Source of the DNA: Gammaproteobacteria bacterium
GTDB lineage: Bacteria; Pseudomonadota; Gammaproteobacteria; GCF-002020875
Direction: 5' to 3'
Assembly (NCBI GenBank): GCA_018648825.1
Contig: JABGQL010000073.1
Location: 2,118-53,164 of the forward strand
DNA: 51,047 nt
The notes below the pieces were generated by a model. It saw only the letters and a program-made list of their open reading frames with translations, did not search any database and was not told the origin of the DNA. A program made the position numbers and the translations under genes. This document shows positions 45,899 through 51,047 of this stretch, one piece after another. Each line of letters opens with the position of its first letter. Positions within the stretch are counted from its first letter, which is position 1.

Positions 45899-48354
45899 GG
45901 ATGCGTCTCGCCTATAAGCTGGCCCTGCTGACGCTACTGGTTGCCGGTGGCGCGGTGGTGATGTTGGCTTGGCTCGCTTCGACCAATGCCAGTCGTTTGT
46001 TGGAGCAGGAGGCGCTGGTCCGCCTGAAGGAGAATGTCAATCAGGGCAGTATCGCATTTGAGCGCTCCTTCGAGACGGTTAAGGGTGACCTCAGTCTGCT
46101 CAAGCACACCCCGGCACTGGGGGGGGTGATTCGGGCCATCCAGGGGGGCGGGTATGATGATCAGCTCAACGAGACCCGCACAGGTTGGGAGCATCGCCTT
46201 CAAGAGGTATTTCGCACGGTGATGCAGCAGCGTAGCTACTACAGTCAGGTGCGCCTGATTGGTCTGCAGGAGGGAGGGCGTGAACTGGTACGGCTGGATC
46301 GTGTCGGGGGCAGTATTGAGGTGGTCCCCGCAGAACGTCTGCAACAGAAGGGGCAGCGGCCCTATCTGCAGCAGGCAGCCATGCTTGCAGAGGAGGCGAT
46401 CTATTTTTCCGAGGTGACGCTGAACCGGGAGCGGGGGCGTATTGTGGTGCCATGGGAGCCGATGTTGCGGCTGGCAACCCCGGTGTTCGATCCACAGAGC
46501 GGGGCGGTGTTTGGGGTGCTGGTATTGAATATCCACTTTGACCGTTTCACCCGTCCACTACGCCAGAAAGTGCTGGAGGATTCGTTTTATCTACTGGCCA
46601 ACGGGCGTGGAGAGTATCTGATTCATCCGCAGAGTGAGAAGCGTTTCTCCTTCGAGATTGAGGAGCGTGAAGAGAGCCTGCTGCTGGACTATCCTCAGAT
46701 GGATCTACAGGCTGAGTTGGAACACTGGAGAGAGCGGGATGAGTTGGATCATGAGCATAGCTCCACCAGACAGCTAAAAGGGCAGGGGGTTGGGGTCACC
46801 CTGCGCCCGTTCTATTTTGATCCGCTGCACCCCGAACGTTACCTGATTCTGGGGACGGTCGCCTCCAGCCAAGTGCTGGAGCAGCAGGCGGCGGGGTTCC
46901 GTCAACAGTTGGCGCTGCTGGTATTGCTGGTAGTGATTGGGGTTACCATTGCCACCGCGTTGATGGTGCAGTGGATGACTCGCCCCGTTCGTGAATTGAC
47001 CCTAGCGGCTGATCGCATCTCACAGGGAGATGAGGTGGTCAGGATCGACACCAGTAGCGGGGATGAGGTGGGGGCGTTGGCGCGCTCCTTCGATACCATG
47101 CTCAGCCACCTGCAGCAGTCAAGACGCTTTGCAGAGCAGGTGATTACGGCTGCCCCAGTGGGTATGGTGGTGCTGCAGGCGGGACGCATTGTGGTTGCCA
47201 ACCCCCGTTTTGGTGAGTTGCTGGGGCAGTGGGAGGTGGAGGATAAGGTAGAGCACCTATTGGTAGCGGGGCAGCTGGCGGCAGAGCCGCTGGATCTGCT
47301 TCTGCAGGGGGTGCGTCAGCGCCAGCCACTGGAGGGGGTGGAGTCGGCGAGCGGGAATAAAATACTCTCCTTTACCTTGGTGCAGATGGGACAGCGTGGG
47401 AATGCGCCTGAGGAGCAGGCAGTTAATGAGAACTCCAAAGAGCAGTTATGGCTGTTGCTGGTGGATGATGTGACCGAGGCCCGTCAGGCGGCACAAGCGT
47501 TGCAACGGGTCTCCACCGAGGTGGCCTACCAGTCGGGGATGTCGGAGATGTCGACCTCGGTACTGCACAATATCGGTAATGCGATCAACTCCATCGGTGA
47601 GCGCACCCATCAGCTGGATGAGGAACGTCAGGATCTATTAGAGGTGGCGGGCCTGCTGCAGCAGAGAGTGGAGCAGGCGAAGAGCGTGATGCAGAAGCAG
47701 GGGGTAGCAGAGACGGAAGTGCAGGAGATGCTGGAGATGTTTGAGCGTACCCCAGAGATTTTGCGAGAGTTGAACAGTGAGGGGTTGCAGGAGAATATCA
47801 GTGAAATCCGTACTGGAGTGGCGCATATTGCCGATATCGTGCGGGTACAGCAGACCCTCGCCAAAGATGGAGCGGGTGCTGGGGGTAGCTTCTCTGAGAA
47901 CTTTAATCTGCTAGATGCGGTAGAGGATGCTCACTCTCTGTTGTCGACCTCGCTGCAGAAACGCAGTATCGTCTTTGTACCGCAGGTTGAGGTGGGGGAG
48001 ATTCGTATGCCCCGCAACCCCTTTGTACAGATGTTGGGCAACTTGCTGAAGAATGCGATGGAGGCGATCGATGCCAATGCGGCAGTGAGTGGGAGTGGGT
48101 TGATTCGTCTGCGTGCGGAGGTCGATCCAGAGGATGCTAATCTCTTTGTGATACGCTTGATCGATAACGGTTGTGGTATCAAGCTGGGAAGGTTGGCCTC
48201 TATCTTCCGTTTTGGTGAGACCAACAAGCAGCAGGGGAGTGGCTTTGGGCTGCACTCGGTGGCCAATTTTGTACAGTCAAACGGCGGCTCCATTGCGGTG
48301 GAGAGTGAGGGCGCGGGTCGCGGATCGACCTTTGTCGTGCGGTTGCCACGGTAA
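45895..48354 (+). CDS. Membrane sensor histidine kinase (Cache-like, HAMP, PAS-like, HATPase)
   Basis: Two TMs; H-box VLHNIGNAIN; NLLKNAMEA, DNGCGI, GSGFGL, GRGSTF. Confidence 0.9.
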   Translation: MRMRLAYKLALLTLLVAGGAVVMLAWLASTNASRLLEQEALVRLKENVNQGSIAFERSFETVKGDLSLLKHTPALGGVIRAIQGGGYDDQLNETRTGWEHRLQEVFRTVMQQRSYYSQVRLIGLQEGGRELVRLDRVGGSIEVVPAERLQQKGQRPYLQQAAMLAEEAIYFSEVTLNRERGRIVVPWEPMLRLATPVFDPQSGAVFGVLVLNIHFDRFTRPLRQKVLEDSFYLLANGRGEYLIHPQSEKRFSFEIEEREESLLLDYPQMDLQAELEHWRERDELDHEHSSTRQLKGQGVGVTLRPFYFDPLHPERYLILGTVASSQVLEQQAAGFRQQLALLVLLVVIGVTIATALMVQWMTRPVRELTLAADRISQGDEVVRIDTSSGDEVGALARSFDTMLSHLQQSRRFAEQVITAAPVGMVVLQAGRIVVANPRFGELLGQWEVEDKVEHLLVAGQLAAEPLDLLLQGVRQRQPLEGVESASGNKILSFTLVQMGQRGNAPEEQAVNENSKEQLWLLLVDDVTEARQAAQALQRVSTEVAYQSGMSEMSTSVLHNIGNAINSIGERTHQLDEERQDLLEVAGLLQQRVEQAKSVMQKQGVAETEVQEMLEMFERTPEILRELNSEGLQENISEIRTGVAHIADIVRVQQTLAKDGAGAGGSFSENFNLLDAVEDAHSLLSTSLQKRSIVFVPQVEVGEIRMPRNPFVQMLGNLLKNAMEAIDANAAVSGSGLIRLRAEVDPEDANLFVIRLIDNGCGIKLGRLASIFRFGETNKQQGSGFGLHSVANFVQSNGGSIAVESEGAGRGSTFVVRLPR

Positions 48355-48391
48355 CAGGGACGGATACAGGGATGGATAGGGAATTTTAGGG

Positions 48392-50317
48392 ATGGAACAG
48401 AGTAATAACCGAGTACTGGTCATTGATGATGATGAGAAGATGTTGCAGACCTATCGCGACATCCTCACTCAGCGCGTCAGCCGTGCCGCCCGTCTGCTGG
48501 GGAAAGTTGAGGGAGGAGATGCCGAAGGGAGTCGTAGTGGTGGCTTTGCGTTGACCACAGCCTCCCAAGGGCTGGAGGGGGTTGATGCGGTTCGTCAGGC
48601 CAACAATGACAACACCCCCTATGCGCTCGCCTTTATCGATATGCGGATGCCTCCGGGTATCGATGGACTGGAGACCACTCGCAGGATTCGTGAGCTGGAT
48701 AGCCGCATCTATATCGTGATTGTTACCGCACACTCGGACCGCACCATTGAGGAGCTGCACCGGGCTGCGGGTTACAATATTCTGTTGCTGCGTAAGCCTT
48801 TTAACCGTGAAGAGATTCTGCAGTTTGCTCACACCTTTACCCAGTCTTGGGTGCGGGATCAGCAGTTGAGCCAACAGCAGCAAGAGTTGATGCAGCATCA
48901 CGACTACCTAGACAGCATTCTGCAGTCGATGCAGGAGGGGTTATTGGTCGTGGATGAGAGTAGAAAGGTCAGCGACTGTAATCAGGCGTTCTGTCAGTTT
49001 ATGGAGGAGCCCCGTGAGGTGCTGATTGGAAAAGCGCTGAATACCCTATTTCTGGAGGAGGGGGTTGGAGCCAATTGCGTAGAGGCAACGCTGCGTACCG
49101 CCTCCGGTGAAGAGATTCCGGTGCGGCTGTCGAGTACACAGCTGCAGACCGGAAGAGGGGTGCCGATTGTGGTGCAGGATATGAGGGGGCTGTTGAATGC
49201 GGAGCGTATCCGACAGGCGGGCGAGGCCAAGGACGATTTTCTTGCCTCGATGAGCCATGAACTGCGTACCCCATTGACCTCGATTATCGGCAACAGTGAG
49301 CTGCTGTTGGAACGGGAGCAAGATGGTGAACGGCTGGAGATCCTACGCTCCATTGAGGTTGCGGGCCGCAGTCAGCTGGCGTTGGTGAATGATATTCTCG
49401 ATCTGTCGAAGATTGAGTCGGGAAAATTCACTATCAGTGAGGCCCCTTTTGATCTCTCGGTTTTGTTGCAGGATATGGTGCGTACCTTCACTACGGGGAT
49501 GCAGGATTCCGGTTTGCGGTTTCAACTGGTTCAGCAGGTAGAGAGTCGTTATCAGCTACTGGGAGATGCGCAACGCATCAGTCAGGTGCTGAGTAACCTG
49601 CTCGGTAATGCGATGAAATTTACCCATCAAGGAGGCGTGACCCTGACTGCAGAGCAGCGGGAGGGGCAGCTCTGTTTTAGTGTTAATGATAGTGGGATTG
49701 GTATCTCCCCAGAGATGCAACAGCGCCTCTTTCAGCGTTTTGAACAGGGTGATGGTTCGATCTCTCGTCGTTTTGGAGGGAGTGGGCTTGGGCTCTATAT
49801 CTCGAGCTGTATTGCCGAGTTGATGGGGGGCACAATTACGTTAGAGAGTGAAGAGGGGCGGGGGGCAACCTTCCTCTTCTCTGTGCCGTTTAAGGTGAGT
49901 ACAGAGTGCTCTCTGTCGAAGCCTAAGCCATCGCAGGTTGATTCATCCTCTGAGAAGGTGCAAGGACGGGTGTTGGTGGCTGAGGATACGCCAGAGCTGC
50001 AACTGTTGGTGCGTCGTATGCTGGAAAGGATGGGTGCTACGGTGTCCGTTGTAGATAATGGTCAGGAGGCGGTTAATCTGGCGACAGCGCAGCCGTTTGA
50101 TCTGATTTTTATGGATATGCAGATGCCGGTGATGGATGGGATCGAGGCGACGCAGCTTCTCAAGGCTCGAGAGCACTGCCCACCGATTGTGGCATTGACC
50201 GCCAATGTGATGCAGAAACATCGGGAGCAGTTTGATCAGGCGGGGTGTGATGGTTTTCTTGCCAAGCCTATCAACAGGCAGGGGTTGCAGCAGGTGTTGA
50301 AGCAGTATCTTTCGTAG
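48392..50317 (+). CDS. Cytoplasmic hybrid kinase REC-PAS-HisKA-HATPase-REC
   Basis: FIDMRMPPGIDG; MSHELRTPL; NLLGNAMKFT; GGSGLGL; FMDMQMPVMDG. Confidence 0.92.
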   Translation: MEQSNNRVLVIDDDEKMLQTYRDILTQRVSRAARLLGKVEGGDAEGSRSGGFALTTASQGLEGVDAVRQANNDNTPYALAFIDMRMPPGIDGLETTRRIRELDSRIYIVIVTAHSDRTIEELHRAAGYNILLLRKPFNREEILQFAHTFTQSWVRDQQLSQQQQELMQHHDYLDSILQSMQEGLLVVDESRKVSDCNQAFCQFMEEPREVLIGKALNTLFLEEGVGANCVEATLRTASGEEIPVRLSSTQLQTGRGVPIVVQDMRGLLNAERIRQAGEAKDDFLASMSHELRTPLTSIIGNSELLLEREQDGERLEILRSIEVAGRSQLALVNDILDLSKIESGKFTISEAPFDLSVLLQDMVRTFTTGMQDSGLRFQLVQQVESRYQLLGDAQRISQVLSNLLGNAMKFTHQGGVTLTAEQREGQLCFSVNDSGIGISPEMQQRLFQRFEQGDGSISRRFGGSGLGLYISSCIAELMGGTITLESEEGRGATFLFSVPFKVSTECSLSKPKPSQVDSSSEKVQGRVLVAEDTPELQLLVRRMLERMGATVSVVDNGQEAVNLATAQPFDLIFMDMQMPVMDGIEATQLLKAREHCPPIVALTANVMQKHREQFDQAGCDGFLAKPINRQGLQQVLKQYLS

Positions 50318-50352
50318 TTAGGAGTCTGTTCGAGAAACTAGAATGATCGTAT

Positions 50353-50601
50353 TCACTGCAGCTGACGCTGTCGTATAAATTCTACCAGTGCAGTGCTCAT
50401 CTGGCTTGATTCCATTGATTCTGCCTGCTGAAGCAGATCTAGTGCCTCATTATGGTGTTGCTGAGTCAATGCCTGAAGTGCCTCTATAATCAACTGCTCT
50501 CTCTGCTGCTCAATATGCAGCAGCAGTTCAAGCTCCATGCCGCAGCGGTGGCACTGCTCACCACCACGGTAACGGGCACGACAGTTGGGACATTTATCCA
50601 T
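50353..50601 (-). CDS. Small zinc-ribbon plus TPR-like helix protein
   Basis: CPNC..CHRC followed by an amphipathic helical segment; downstream of the Hsp70-like gene. Confidence 0.7.
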   Translation of the reverse strand: MDKCPNCRARYRGGEQCHRCGMELELLLHIEQQREQLIIEALQALTQQHHNEALDLLQQAESMESSQMSTALVEFIRQRQLQ

Positions 50602-50629
50602 ATTAATCAGTAATTCTCACTGTTCTTGG

Positions 50630-50670
50630 CTCCTTCCCCATTGAGGGGGAAGGGTGGGATGGGGGGGGGG
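50630..50670. repeat. Third copy of the REP-like element
   Basis: CTCCTTCCCCATTGAGGGGGAAGGGTGGGATGGGGG, near-identical to the copy at 34722. Confidence 0.75.
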
Positions 50671-50698
50671 ATGATTTAACCGAGGATTCTGAAAATTG

Positions 50699-51046
50699 TT
50701 ACTCAATATAGTGGAAAAATTCTTGTAGCTCTTCCACTGCAGAGTGAATCGCCTTCTCCTCGGCTTGGTCGATTCCATCCTGAATCGCCTCGATAATCTC
50801 GATCAGATCCTCTTGGTCAGTTTCATTGAGTGCGCCCATTCTCTCTCTGGCCAGTTTGATCTGCTGCTGTGCCTCTTTAATTTGTGAATCGATACCATCG
50901 GCAGCAGATTCGTCCTCTAGCTGTGACTCCTCATCATCACTGAATAGCTGTTCGATACGCGCTCTGGCCTCTACCATTTTATCTTCATCCAGTCGTCCGA
51001 TGGCATTGTCAATCACCAGCTCCTCCTCCCTGCCGGTCTCCTTCTC
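50699..51046 (-). CDS. C-terminal part of a probable Hsp70-family protein (5' part outside the window)
   Basis: Frame is open to the window edge: EKETGREEELVIDNAIGRL followed by an acidic helical lid-like region, resembling the end of the Hsp70 substrate-binding domain. Confidence 0.6.
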   Translation of the reverse strand, partial: EKETGREEELVIDNAIGRLDEDKMVEARARIEQLFSDDEESQLEDESAADGIDSQIKEAQQQIKLARERMGALNETDQEDLIEIIEAIQDGIDQAEEKAIHSAVEELQEFFHYIE

Positions 51047-51047
51047 C

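Noticed and set aside
2253-50221. Numerous antisense or alternate-frame ORFs of 60-230 aa within long genes
   Set aside because: Fully nested in well-supported CDSs and without recognisable motifs.
50661-50670. G10 tract as a phase-variation switch
   Set aside because: Intergenic and part of the REP-like tail; may also be a homopolymer sequencing artefact.

Overview
Chromosomal segment of a probably microaerobic/anaerobic marine gammaproteobacterium (inferred from UbiM/UbiUVT, a SoxH-like hydrolase and FNR boxes; no taxon can be proven). I see no rRNA, tRNA, CRISPR array or mobile element. The first 24 kb is an unusual respiratory region with three parts. (i) A leftward operon: HEAT-repeat protein, cupredoxin-like exported protein, 37-aa membrane peptide, double-USP protein with 5 PCP_red-like repeats, AhbD-like radical SAM with 4 such repeats, and a HemY-type oxidase missed by the ORF track. 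(ii) A divergent operon: two small membrane proteins, a Nitrospira-type cytochrome bd-like subunit, a diheme cytochrome c and a triheme-c/EbdC-like protein. (iii) A complete iodate reductase-type operon, idrP2-P1-B-A. All three operons are preceded by a sigma-54 -24/-12 promoter. Both promoter regions contain a pair of TGAAY-N5-RTTCA-like palindromes spaced 53-55 bp apart, suggesting one shared regulon. The rest holds two NIT+CZB chemoreceptors (one with a perfect FNR box, one with a domain inserted in NIT), an EAL phosphodiesterase, yhcC-ubiM-ubiUVT, cnoX, phhB, bluB, a TauD-like enzyme, a four-gene signalling module with an uncharacterised repeat protein, REP-like repeats and the 3' end of an Hsp70-family gene.
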